A stretch of DNA of 18,995 bases from Pseudothermotoga sp. GTDB lineage: Bacteria > Thermotogota > Thermotogae > Thermotogales > DSM-5069. The notes under the pieces are model-generated. The model was given only the letters and a program-made list of their open reading frames with translations. It ran no database searches and had not been told where the DNA came from. The stretch lies in assembly GCA_031962025.1 (NCBI GenBank), contig JAVRKW010000020.1; one strand, written 5' to 3'. Shown piece after piece: positions 1 through 8,311 of the stretch; position 1 is the stretch's first letter, and every line of letters starts with the position of its first letter. A program made the position numbers and the translations under genes.

Positions 1-176
1 GCCTAAAGTGTGGTTTATCAATCGACAGAGATTTAAACTCTGCGATTAATATGTTAAAAGCAGTAGGGCTGGACCGGTCCGAATTAAAGCCCGTGGAGTG
101 GGAGACCACTGCCAAGATATTTAGGGACAATCCCTATATCCTGGTAAGTCACACCATGTTGAAGCGGGAAGCCTAG
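1..176 (+). CDS. tnpB: 3' end of IS200/IS605-family RNA-guided endonuclease TnpB (partial, truncated by window edge)
   Basis: Not in the ORF track. Frame 3 reads (C)LKCGLSIDRDLNSAINMLKAVGLDRSELKPVEWETTAKIFRDNPYILVSHTMLKREA*, stop TAG at 174-176. It contains the CxxCG zinc-ribbon half and the DRDxNxAxN RuvC-III motif typical of the TnpB C-terminus. Confidence 0.92.
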   Translation, partial: LKCGLSIDRDLNSAINMLKAVGLDRSELKPVEWETTAKIFRDNPYILVSHTMLKREA

Positions 177-225
177 TCTCCTTAATGGGAATCCTATCCC
201 ATTTAGGGGATTGGGAGGAGGTCAA
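1..225 (+). mobile_element. Right end of an IS200/IS605 (IS605/IS1341-like) element
   Basis: The tnpB 3' end is followed by GAAG (168-171) at the foot of a long imperfect subterminal hairpin (172-190 pairs with 197-215: one T-T mismatch, three G-T pairs, loop ATCCTA). It then reads AGGAGG-TCAA. TCAA (222-225) is the known right-end cleavage tetranucleotide of IS608/ISDra2-type elements. Confidence 0.85.
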
Positions 226-243
226 TGGCAAAACCTATCCCCA
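62..243 (+). ncRNA. Putative TnpB omegaRNA/reRNA (scaffold overlapping the tnpB 3' end plus a guide from the 3' flank)
   Basis: Stems seen: GGGCT(66-70)/AGCCC(88-92); AGTGG-GAGA-CCACT (97-110, GNRA loop); TAGGGA-CAA-TCCCTA (122-136); terminal hairpin 172-215. TTGA (159-162) is complementary to the terminal TCAA (222-225), as in the TnpB reRNA pseudoknot. The guide would start at 226 (TGGCAAAACCTATCCC...). Boundaries are approximate. Confidence 0.65.
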
Positions 244-427
244 GTTTTACATTTGAATGACAGATTTTTCTAACTCTGATCGTTGCCCGAAGCTTCAATT
301 TGTCAGATCGAGCAGTGACTCTGAGTATATTCAATGCGTTGCGAATTTTTTGAAGCTGCTTTTCAAAAGTAGATTTGGCTGCTTGAATCTTCTCAAGAAG
401 GCTTCTTAATGAATCTCTCTTTATCAA
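226..427 (-). pseudogene. Probable 5' fragment of a gene interrupted by the IS insertion
   Basis: The frame is open for about 67 codons from TTG 427 to the IS right-end junction (...NVKLGIGFA|). A TATAAT lies upstream (minus strand, 447-442) and a purine-rich AAAAGGGGG sits very close to the TTG. The tail IDLLPIP of ORF 203..427 comes from IS sequence. Confidence 0.35.
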
Positions 428-496
428 TCCCCCTTTTATTTATTATATTGTAACTCGAACGAATTTATGTAAGAATTCTAAATAGGAGGGTATAAA

Positions 497-1378
497 TTGT
501 TGTACAAACTTTTGATCTGGTCAGTGGTGTTTTTCTGGGGAGTGTCTTTTGTCGCTACAAGGGTTGTGGTGCTTTGCATTCCACCAATCACGTCGGCATT
601 CATCAGATTTCTGATCGCATCTGTTGCACTGATACTGTTCACGAGAAAAGTGCCAAAGCTTTTCAACTGGCACAGTTTCTTTGCCGGTTTTTGGGGTGTG
701 ACGATGTATTTCATCTTTGAAAACAGTGGACTTGTTTACACTTATCCTACAAATGCTTCTCTCATAGTATCTAGTGCGCCTATTTTGTACACGCTCTTTT
801 CACATCTTATCCAGAAAAGGAAAACCACTCTTGTGGAATACTTTGCGTCAATGATTGCTTTTCTTGGTGTGGCGATTGTCATATTGAACGGTAGTTTTGT
901 CCTGAAAGTCAACTTTAAAGGTGATTTGATGCTTCTTGGTGCTGCGTTTGCCTGGGTTTTTTACACATACCATGTAGAAAAGATGCCAGATCCAGACTCA
1001 GTCACAGGTGTTACGAGTATAACTTTGTGGGGTGTTATAACTCTTTTTCCGTTTTTGATCTTTGAGAAAAAGCCGCAGATCAGTTTTACTCTGCCGGTAA
1101 TTGTGTCTTTGTTGTATCTTGGTATAGTTTGCTCTGGGATTGCATACGTGTTCTGGAACATCGGTATAAGGCGAGCGGGAGCTCGTTACACAACAAACAC
1201 GATTTATTTTATACCGGTGATCACGAGTGTTGCCGAAGCAGTTTTGTTGAAAACCTTCCCGAATTTTTATACTGTTCTTGGAGGCGGATTGGTTATACTT
1301 GGATTGTGGCTTTTCAACAGGCAAGAAAGGAGGAAGAAGGGTGAAAGCCTTTCTGAGAGTGAGAATGAGTCAACATGA
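497..1378 (+). CDS. DMT/EamA-family transporter (about 10 TM)
   Basis: 293 aa hydrophobic protein with two EamA repeats ([11 protein letters not shown]...[20 protein letters not shown]...[17 protein letters not shown]). SD AGGAGG at 485-490, TTG start. Confidence 0.9.
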   Translation: MLYKLLIWSVVFFWGVSFVATRVVVLCIPPITSAFIRFLIASVALILFTRKVPKLFNWHSFFAGFWGVTMYFIFENSGLVYTYPTNASLIVSSAPILYTLFSHLIQKRKTTLVEYFASMIAFLGVAIVILNGSFVLKVNFKGDLMLLGAAFAWVFYTYHVEKMPDPDSVTGVTSITLWGVITLFPFLIFEKKPQISFTLPVIVSLLYLGIVCSGIAYVFWNIGIRRAGARYTTNTIYFIPVITSVAEAVLLKTFPNFYTVLGGGLVILGLWLFNRQERRKKGESLSESENEST

Positions 1379-1739
1379 TGCTCATTACGCCGGCGGACTT
1401 GTTGACGGTGCCAGGATACTTCAGTTGGTTGGCGATGTGGCGACAGAGCTTTTGATAAGACACGATGGTGATGAGGGATTGTTCAGGGCATACGATTCAA
1501 TAGAATTTTTAAAACCAGTCTATGCAGGAGATTTTCTTGAAGTTCACGGTGAGATAGTTGAGGTTGGTAACACGTCAAGAAAGATGAAGTTCGAGGTATA
1601 CAAGGTCATAACCAGTGCCGGTATACCAAATCAGGAATCTGCATGTGAGGTTCTCGATCCACCGGTTTTGGTATTGAGGGCGAGCGGAACATGTGTTGTT
1701 CCCAAAGAAAGGCAAAGGAGGTCAAAAAACAATGGATAA
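1341..1739 (+). CDS. kal: 3-aminobutyryl-CoA ammonia-lyase (hotdog fold)
   Basis: [51 protein letters not shown]...[10 protein letters not shown] matches the Kal signature. GTG start at 1341 follows AGGAGG at 1328-1333 (the ORF-track start 1278 is too early). Adjacent to kce. Confidence 0.9.
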   Translation: MKAFLRVRMSQHDAHYAGGLVDGARILQLVGDVATELLIRHDGDEGLFRAYDSIEFLKPVYAGDFLEVHGEIVEVGNTSRKMKFEVYKVITSAGIPNQESACEVLDPPVLVLRASGTCVVPKERQRRSKNNG

Positions 1740-2556
1740 ATTGATCATAACCGTTGCTGTTTGCGGTGCTGAAGTGACAAGGCAGGATACTCCATACATT
1801 CCGTTGACACCGGAGGAAATCGTTCAGCAAACCTATGAAGCATATCAGGCGGGCGCTTCAATAGTTCACCTGCACGTCAGAGATAATGAAGGTAAACCGA
1901 CTCAGGATGCCCAGATTTTCAAAAAAGTTGTGAAGATGATCAGAGAAAGATGTCCGGACATGATCATCCAGGTATCCACAGGCGGCGCAGTCTGGATGAG
2001 TGCGCAGGAAAGGCTACAGTCCTTAGAGTCAGATCCGGATATGGCTACTTTAACAACGGGCACTGTGAACTTTGGAAATGATGTTTTTATGAACAGCATG
2101 CCGATGATCGAAGAATTCGCCATGAAAATGAGAGAAAAACAGATTATGCCGGAATTTGAATGTTTTGACATGGGACATATAAACAACGCCATGCAGCTTG
2201 TAAAAAAAGGTATTGTCCAGGGGCATCTGCATTTTGATTTTGTGATGGGTGTGCCGGGAGGTATAGCGGCAAATGCACGGAATCTGGTTGCCATGGTCGA
2301 TAGCCTGCCAGATGGTGCTACCTGGTCCGTGGCTGGTATTGGTAGATATGAATTTCCCATGGCTGCTATGGCTATAGCGATGGGGGGAAATGTCAGAGTC
2401 GGTCTTGAAGATAACATATACATATCCAAAGGTGTTCTTGCAAAATCAAATGCGGAACTGGTTGAAAAAGTGGTCAGAATCGCAAAGGAACTGAACAGAC
2501 CAATCGCTTCCTGTCAGGAGGCAAGGCAGATTCTGGGTCTGAAAAACAGGGCGTAA
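1732..2556 (+). CDS. kce: 3-keto-5-aminohexanoate cleavage enzyme (BKACE/DUF849)
   Basis: Motifs [22 protein letters not shown] (Zn HxH), IIQVSTGG and [14 protein letters not shown] at 1732 follows AAGGAGG at 1715-1721. Confidence 0.93.
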   Translation: MDKLIITVAVCGAEVTRQDTPYIPLTPEEIVQQTYEAYQAGASIVHLHVRDNEGKPTQDAQIFKKVVKMIRERCPDMIIQVSTGGAVWMSAQERLQSLESDPDMATLTTGTVNFGNDVFMNSMPMIEEFAMKMREKQIMPEFECFDMGHINNAMQLVKKGIVQGHLHFDFVMGVPGGIAANARNLVAMVDSLPDGATWSVAGIGRYEFPMAAMAIAMGGNVRVGLEDNIYISKGVLAKSNAELVEKVVRIAKELNRPIASCQEARQILGLKNRA

Positions 2557-2598
2557 AAAAATCAGAATTTTTGAATAGACATGAGCCTGAAAAATGAC

Positions 2599-2615
2599 TT
2601 GCACTGATAGTGCAA
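2599..2615. promoter_or_regulatory. Perfect 7-3-7 inverted repeat (possible operator or small hairpin) upstream of guaA
   Basis: TTGCACT-GAT-AGTGCAA in the kce-guaA intergenic region. Confidence 0.35.
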
Positions 2616-2619
2616 ATTG

Positions 2620-2674
2620 GAAGGGAGGGTACAGCGCATTCCATCTTGAAGATGGCGTGCTCTGAATGTTGATG
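2620..2674 (+). promoter_or_regulatory. guaA leader: SD separated from the start codon by a 33-nt hairpin (copy 1 of shared motif)
   Basis: GGAGG at 2624-2628. Hairpin 2632-2664, CAGCGCATTCCATCT-TGA-AGATGGCGTGCTCTG, has 13 of 15 positions paired. Candidate starts at 2666, 2669 and 2672 have no closer SD. Confidence 0.6.
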
Positions 2675-4186
2675 AAGGTAATAGTTGTAGATTATGGGTC
2701 TCAATACACACAGCTCATAGCAAGGGTTGTAAGAGAGCTTGGTTATTACAGCCAGGTTGTTCAATACGATGAAGATGTGGATGTCTCACAGATTGGTGCG
2801 GTTATACTCTCCGGTGGACCTGCAAGTGTTTACGAAAAAGATGCTCCAAAGTTGCCAAAGTGGTTTGATAAATACGATGGAAAGGTATTGGGAATATGTT
2901 ATGGTATGCAACTGGTTTCACACGAGCTCGGTGGAGTTGTCGAACCGGGTAAGGTGGCTGAGTACGGCAGGACTCAGATCGATATAGTGAGCGAAGATTT
3001 GATTTTCTCGGGAATAGAAAATCAGCAGACGGTATGGATGAGTCATGGAGATCATGTGAGCAAACTTCCAAAAAATTTCAGGATCACGGCAAAATCGAAA
3101 GATGGCATCATAGCAGCGGCGACAGACGACAGAAGATTCTGGCTTTTACAATTTCATCCGGAAGTAAGACACACGGTTGGCGGCAGGGATATAATTGGCA
3201 ATTTTCTTTCCAAAATCTGTGGACTTTCTCCAAACTGGAATCTGGAAGATTTCGTCAAACAAAAGATCGATGAACTCAAAAAAGAGTTATCCGGCAAAAA
3301 AGTCATCGCGGCTCTATCAGGAGGCGTGGATTCCTCGGTTGCCTGTGTGCTTGTTCACAGGGCAATTGGTGAAAATCTTCTGAACGTCTTTGTGGACCAT
3401 GGATTGTTGAGAAAGAACGAAGAAAACGAGGTACCAAGGGTTTTCAAACAGATGCTTGGTTTAAACCTTGTCAAAATCGATGCAAGAGATCTTTTTCTTG
3501 AAAAGCTCAGGGGGGTTACCGATCCTGAGACGAAGCGAAAAATAATCGGAGAACAGTTCATACGTGTTTTTGAAAAACAAGCCAAGGATTACGGTGCCAC
3601 ACATCTGGTTCAGGGAACAATCTATTCGGATGTCATAGAAAGTGCACGCTCGGGGAAGAAAACTGCTGCTATAAAAAGTCATCACAACGTTGGCGGACTG
3701 CCACAGCAGATGAATCTTCAGATTGTTGAGCCACTCAGAAATCTCTTCAAAGATGAAGTGAGAATCGTCGGTGAAATTCTCGGCATACCCCGTTCTATTA
3801 TTCAGCGTCAGCCTTTTCCGGGACCCGGGCTTGGTGTGAGAATCGTTGGTGAGATTACAGAGGAAAGGCTCAGGATCTTGAAAGAAGCCGATAGTGTTTT
3901 CATAGAGACTCTTAAGGAAACGGGATGGTATGAAAAAAGCTGGCAGGCATTTGCGGTGCTTTTGCCGGTTAGATCTGTCGGCGTTCGGGGTGATCAAAGA
4001 TCGTACGATTACGTCCTGGCTCTGAGATCAGTTGACAGTGTTGAAGGAATGACGGCAGACTGGTCGAGACTTCCCCACGAGGTTCTCGATCTTGCTTCAA
4101 GAAGAATTCTGAACACCGTAAAAGGTATCGGGAGGGTGGTCTACGACATCAGTTCAAAACCCCCGGCAACGATCGAATGGGAATAA
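2666..4186 (+). CDS. guaA: GMP synthase (glutamine-hydrolysing)
   Basis: Motifs DYGSQYTQLIAR, GICYGMQ, QFHPEV, SGGVDSSV PP-loop, IKSHHNVGG and C-terminal KPPATIEWE. The start could be 2666, 2669 or 2672. Confidence 0.98.
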   Translation: MLMKVIVVDYGSQYTQLIARVVRELGYYSQVVQYDEDVDVSQIGAVILSGGPASVYEKDAPKLPKWFDKYDGKVLGICYGMQLVSHELGGVVEPGKVAEYGRTQIDIVSEDLIFSGIENQQTVWMSHGDHVSKLPKNFRITAKSKDGIIAAATDDRRFWLLQFHPEVRHTVGGRDIIGNFLSKICGLSPNWNLEDFVKQKIDELKKELSGKKVIAALSGGVDSSVACVLVHRAIGENLLNVFVDHGLLRKNEENEVPRVFKQMLGLNLVKIDARDLFLEKLRGVTDPETKRKIIGEQFIRVFEKQAKDYGATHLVQGTIYSDVIESARSGKKTAAIKSHHNVGGLPQQMNLQIVEPLRNLFKDEVRIVGEILGIPRSIIQRQPFPGPGLGVRIVGEITEERLRILKEADSVFIETLKETGWYEKSWQAFAVLLPVRSVGVRGDQRSYDYVLALRSVDSVEGMTADWSRLPHEVLDLASRRILNTVKGIGRVVYDISSKPPATIEWE

Positions 4187-4226
4187 TCTGAGTCTTGTTG
4201 CTGCCTCCTTTTTCAGAAACCTGACT

Positions 4227-5330
4227 GTGTTGAATTATGATATGCTGTTGCAGTTTAGAATGAGAGAACTGTCGTCTTCGCTTTTTTCAATAGGATTTCT
4301 TTCAACAATCACAAGCGCTGTCGGCAGCCTGTCTTCTCCGTTCTGGGGAGCAATGAGCGATGAATTGAAAAGCAGGAAAAAGGCGCTCCTGTTTCCCCTG
4401 ATAATTTCTTTTTTGATTCTACCGTTTTATTCTCTGTCCACAAAGCCGTATCACTTTTTTCTGGTCGGTGCACTATTCACTTTTTTCTCCTCTGTTTTTG
4501 AACCTGTTTGCACTGCCATTTTGATCGAATCGTCCCAACGCAAGACGAACATAGTACTTTCCATGCTCAATGCCGCAAATTCCTTCGGCATGGGATTGGG
4601 CAGGATAGTCATTTCTCCGCTTTTGAATGTTATCAGTGTCGTTTGGACGATGAATATCATTTATCTTCTATTTCTACTTGTGGTTTTTTTCTCATTTTTT
4701 GCACCGGATGTTGAACACAAACGTTATGAGATCGTCAGGACAAACTTGCAAAGGATTTTCTCTGCGATAACCTCCAAAAGAATTCTCAAAAAGAACAACC
4801 TGTGGGCGATGTATCTGGGCTCTTTTCTCAGACAGTTGGGCATCGGTGGTACCTTTGCTCTGATAGGTGTGTACCTGACCGAAAAAATTGGTTTGAGTAA
4901 AGCACAGAGTGTTTTGCTTGCTTCAGTCAATCCATTTTTGCAGGTGCCATCACATATATTATTCGGCTGGATTATTGGAAAAGTTTCTTCTAAAAATATT
5001 GCCGCTTTTGGGATGTTTCTTTCAGGGCTTGGTGCTGTTCTGTTTGCGGTTGGTGGAAATTACAAGCTGGTTTTGCTAGCTTATGCGGTATCTGGAATGG
5101 GTTTTGGTGCTTTCATAAATGGAGCAACGAATTTTGTTTCTCAGAATGTTCCAGAAAACAGACGGGCGGAATTTCTCGGATTACTCACTTCCGCCCGTTC
5201 CTTTGGAAGCCTTTTTGGTCCTTTAATCGCTGGTTTGCTCTCTGAAATCTCTTTTGTTTTGATGTTTGCCGTCATGTCTGTGATAATGTTTTTTGGATCT
5301 TTGTTGACTGTGGTATACTGTCAGCGCTGA
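4227..5330 (+). CDS. MFS transporter
   Basis: Multi-TM protein with MFS motif A-like WGAMSDELKSRKK and late-loop VPENRRAEFLG. The true start may lie upstream (see findings). Confidence 0.88.
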   Translation: MLNYDMLLQFRMRELSSSLFSIGFLSTITSAVGSLSSPFWGAMSDELKSRKKALLFPLIISFLILPFYSLSTKPYHFFLVGALFTFFSSVFEPVCTAILIESSQRKTNIVLSMLNAANSFGMGLGRIVISPLLNVISVVWTMNIIYLLFLLVVFFSFFAPDVEHKRYEIVRTNLQRIFSAITSKRILKKNNLWAMYLGSFLRQLGIGGTFALIGVYLTEKIGLSKAQSVLLASVNPFLQVPSHILFGWIIGKVSSKNIAAFGMFLSGLGAVLFAVGGNYKLVLLAYAVSGMGFGAFINGATNFVSQNVPENRRAEFLGLLTSARSFGSLFGPLIAGLLSEISFVLMFAVMSVIMFFGSLLTVVYCQR

Positions 5331-5707
5331 TCGGGTTTTTCTTGCATTCGAAACATGTCGGTTCTTTCGTTATCTGCAATCAAAGTTTTTCTTCGATGTA
5401 CGGCATTCAAAGCCATTCTTTTGAGTATAGCGGTTATATCACTCTTTTTCAGTACTTCCTCTCCTAAAATTTTCTCAAGGTTGGGAGACAAGCGATAACC
5501 ATTTTCAGACTGTGGATCGAAATAAATTTGATCGATGTAATTTCGGTTGATCTGCGGGTTGATTTTGCTGAGCAACTCAACAGCGAATTCTAAGAAGACA
5601 TCACCTGTTTCTTCGGGCCTTTTTGTGCTGGAAAGTCTTTCTCGATAAGCACTTTCAATCTCCTTTTCAAATTTCACAAAAGATGTGATTTTCTCACCCT
5701 TTTTCAT
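5321..5707 (-). CDS. Hypothetical protein (128 aa, soluble, charged)
   Basis: Natural-looking composition, SD-like AAGGGGG upstream, last gene of the minus-strand block. No family recognised. Confidence 0.75.
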   Translation of the reverse strand: MKKGEKITSFVKFEKEIESAYRERLSSTKRPEETGDVFLEFAVELLSKINPQINRNYIDQIYFDPQSENGYRLSPNLEKILGEEVLKKSDITAILKRMALNAVHRRKTLIADNERTDMFRMQEKPDQR

Positions 5708-5722
5708 TCAATAGGCCCCCTT

Positions 5723-6397
5723 TCATATCTTTTCATTCACAAAGCTTGCCATCCCAACTGCCAAAATCGCCGCAGTCTCAAACCTCAGTATCTTTTTTCC
5801 AAGACTCAAAAGCTCCCCCTTTTGCCTTAATAGATTGAGTTCTTCATCTTCGAAATCTCCTTCTGGTCCAACTACTATTCTGACATTTCCCATGAAATCT
5901 TCGATTGCTGCAGGTCTTCCAGATTGATGGAGCACAATCGTTCTGACCTGGTAGTTGAGAAAGTTGAGATCTTCATGAATCTCAAGATCTGGAAAAAGGC
6001 ATCTGAAACATTGTTTTGCTGAGTCTCTTATAACCAATCTGATTTTCTCTTCTCTGTACAGGTAAGATTTGCTTCGACGAGATTTGTAGATCACTATACT
6101 GTCTGCGCCAAGTTCCACTGCTTTTTCAACCATAAGACGAAGTCTGTCCCAGTTTTGCGATGCAATACACACAGTTATGCAGGTATTTTTTTCTTCTACC
6201 CTTTTAGACTCCATTATCAGTGCTGTGGATCTATCTTTGCCAATTTGAACCAGCTCACATCTGTAAAGATTTCCAAGTCCATCTGTTATGAGCAGAGTTT
6301 GATTGATTTTTGACCTTACCACTTTCAGATGCTGTGTCTCGTGTTCGTCCAGTTCAATGAACTGTCCTGATGGTTTGCCGAAAAACAGATGTGGCAA
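5723..6397 (-). CDS. rsmE: 16S rRNA (uracil1498-N3)-methyltransferase
   Basis: Motifs HLKVVR, EKAVELGA and SPOUT knot VGPEGDF...LSLGKKILRFETAA. Confidence 0.93.
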   Translation of the reverse strand: MPHLFFGKPSGQFIELDEHETQHLKVVRSKINQTLLITDGLGNLYRCELVQIGKDRSTALIMESKRVEEKNTCITVCIASQNWDRLRLMVEKAVELGADSIVIYKSRRSKSYLYREEKIRLVIRDSAKQCFRCLFPDLEIHEDLNFLNYQVRTIVLHQSGRPAAIEDFMGNVRIVVGPEGDFEDEELNLLRQKGELLSLGKKILRFETAAILAVGMASFVNEKI

Positions 6398-7672
6398 TTA
6401 TCCAAGCACCTCACAACCAAGATACGGCTGGAGTACTTTGGGAACATCTATTTTCCCATCTGCTCTTTGATAGTTTTCTACAATTGCCACCAGCGTTCTA
6501 CCTATTGCAACGCCAGAACCGTTGAGTGTGTGAACAAAGGAGAGTTTTCCATCTTTTCTTCTGTACCTTATATTTCCACGCCTTGCCTGAAAATCGGTAT
6601 CGTTACTGCAGGACGATATCTCTTTGTAAGCGTTGTATGAGGGAAGCCACACTTCAAGATCGTAGGTTTTTGCTGCACCAAATCCCAGATCTCCCGTACA
6701 CAGCTGAATCACTCTGTATGGTAATTCGAGTCTTTTGAGGACTTCTTCGGCATGCGAAACGAGCCGTTCGAGATCTTCAAAGGAGCGCTCCGGAGTGGTT
6801 ATCCAGACTAATTCGACCTTATCAAACTGGTGCTGTCTGATCATTCCGCGGACATCTTTACCATAGCTTCCAGCTTCTCTTCTGTAACACGGTGTATAGG
6901 CGGTATACAGCAATGGCAACTGGTTTTCTTCCAGAATTTCTTCAGATCTCAATGCAACGAGCGGTACCTCGGCAGTCGGTATCAAGAAAAGGTCATCTGC
7001 TTCTATTCTGTAAGCTTCTTCCTCGAATTTTGGAAGCTGCCCGGTGGTTGTCATTGTGCTTCTTTTAACAAGGTGCGGCACCCAGACCTCTGTATAACCA
7101 TGTTCTTTGGTGTGTAGATCGAGCATGAAATTGATCAATGCCCTCTCGAGTCTTGCAAAGGCACCGTACATCACCGTGAACCTTGAACCACTCAATTTGG
7201 CTGCCCGATCAAAGTCCATGAGCCCCAGAGCCGGTCCAAGATCCCAGTGAGCCTGGGCTGGAAAATCGAATTTCCTTGGCTCTCCCCATGTGCGTATCTG
7301 CTGGTTAAAAGTCTCGTCTTTCCCGATCGGAACAGACTGATCAGGTATGTTTGGGATGAAAAGAACCAGTTTGCCGATTTGCTCTTCAATCTCTTTGAGT
7401 TCAGCTTCTATGGAGCTTATTTTTTCACCGATTTTTTTGCCTTCATTTACCAGAGCTTCTATTTCCTGCACATCAGCCGATGCCTTTTTCTGCGCCACCT
7501 GTTTTGAAATCGCATTTCTCTGTGAGCGCAATTGATTGACCTGATTTGTCAAGTTGCGGAACTTTGCGTCCAGCATGAGTATCTCATCGATGATCTTGGT
7601 GTCGTAATTTCTGTTCAAAAGTGCCTGCTTAACGAAATCTGGTTTTTCACGGATCAACTTGATGTCAATCAC
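6398..7672 (-). CDS. serS: Serine--tRNA ligase
   Basis: [10 protein letters not shown]-terminus with coiled-coil arm, LIPTAEVP, motif 2 [33 protein letters not shown], motif 3 [12 protein letters not shown]. Confidence 0.98.
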   Translation of the reverse strand: MIDIKLIREKPDFVKQALLNRNYDTKIIDEILMLDAKFRNLTNQVNQLRSQRNAISKQVAQKKASADVQEIEALVNEGKKIGEKISSIEAELKEIEEQIGKLVLFIPNIPDQSVPIGKDETFNQQIRTWGEPRKFDFPAQAHWDLGPALGLMDFDRAAKLSGSRFTVMYGAFARLERALINFMLDLHTKEHGYTEVWVPHLVKRSTMTTTGQLPKFEEEAYRIEADDLFLIPTAEVPLVALRSEEILEENQLPLLYTAYTPCYRREAGSYGKDVRGMIRQHQFDKVELVWITTPERSFEDLERLVSHAEEVLKRLELPYRVIQLCTGDLGFGAAKTYDLEVWLPSYNAYKEISSCSNDTDFQARRGNIRYRRKDGKLSFVHTLNGSGVAIGRTLVAIVENYQRADGKIDVPKVLQPYLGCEVLG

Positions 7673-7676
7673 CGTA

Positions 7677-8300
7677 TCACTCCTCCACTATCAACTCAAC
7701 CCTTGCATTTGTTGCAACCATTTTATCATCAACCGTCGTGATTTGTACACGATCAGCCCATATCTTTATGTTCTTATCGTGATCCAGCAAAATAACATCA
7801 CCCTCGAGTTCTATCTTTCCGTTTTTTCTATCGTAGAAAAATTTCTTCGCAGTTGCTTCGATCTTTCCTTTGAATATTTTCACAGCCTCCTGTGCACTGC
7901 CGCTGAAGATGTCTTTATCGAGATCTATATCCATGCTGTCACAACTTATCAATATCGTGTCGGTGCTTTCCTTGTCAGTGACTTCGGCTTTCACTTTATC
8001 GGTCATTGTACCGGTTTTGAGCTTTATATCGTATTTCAAAACAGTTGCTGTGGCAACACCGTCCTCAAAAATCACCTGTGGTTTTTGGGCTTCGACCAAT
8101 CTCCATTCACCCTGATATTTAGATACCTTCATAGATTGGCACTGAACCTTTATATTGTCCTCTTCGATTTCGACTTTCACATTTCCATCGTAAAAAGCCT
8201 GATCTTTTTCAGGTTTTACGTAATCAGCGGCTATGTGAACAGTTTTGGCAAAATAGAATATCGCAAGAAAACAAAACAGAAAGGTGATGATTTTTTTCAC
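7677..8300 (-). CDS. LptA/OstA-like beta-jellyroll exported protein
   Basis: Signal peptide [18 protein letters not shown] followed by OstA-like strands ([40 protein letters not shown]). Confidence 0.7.
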   Translation of the reverse strand: MKKIITFLFCFLAIFYFAKTVHIAADYVKPEKDQAFYDGNVKVEIEEDNIKVQCQSMKVSKYQGEWRLVEAQKPQVIFEDGVATATVLKYDIKLKTGTMTDKVKAEVTDKESTDTILISCDSMDIDLDKDIFSGSAQEAVKIFKGKIEATAKKFFYDRKNGKIELEGDVILLDHDKNIKIWADRVQITTVDDKMVATNARVELIVEE

Positions 8301-8311
8301 GCTATCTCACC

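Noticed and set aside
2599..2615. CIRCE/HrcA operator
   Set aside because: CIRCE is TTAGCACTC-N9-GAGTGCTAA; here the arms differ and the spacer is only 3 nt.
2557..2665. Purine, PRPP/ppGpp (ykkC), ZTP or fluoride riboswitch upstream of guaA
   Set aside because: By eye, none of the conserved cores are present (for example the purine riboswitch TATAAT...GTTTCTACC...CCGTAAA pattern). An Rfam scan would be decisive.
8246..8253. Possible in-window target of the TnpB guide (TGGCAAAA)
   Set aside because: Only 8 nt match, which is expected by chance, and the TAM is unknown.
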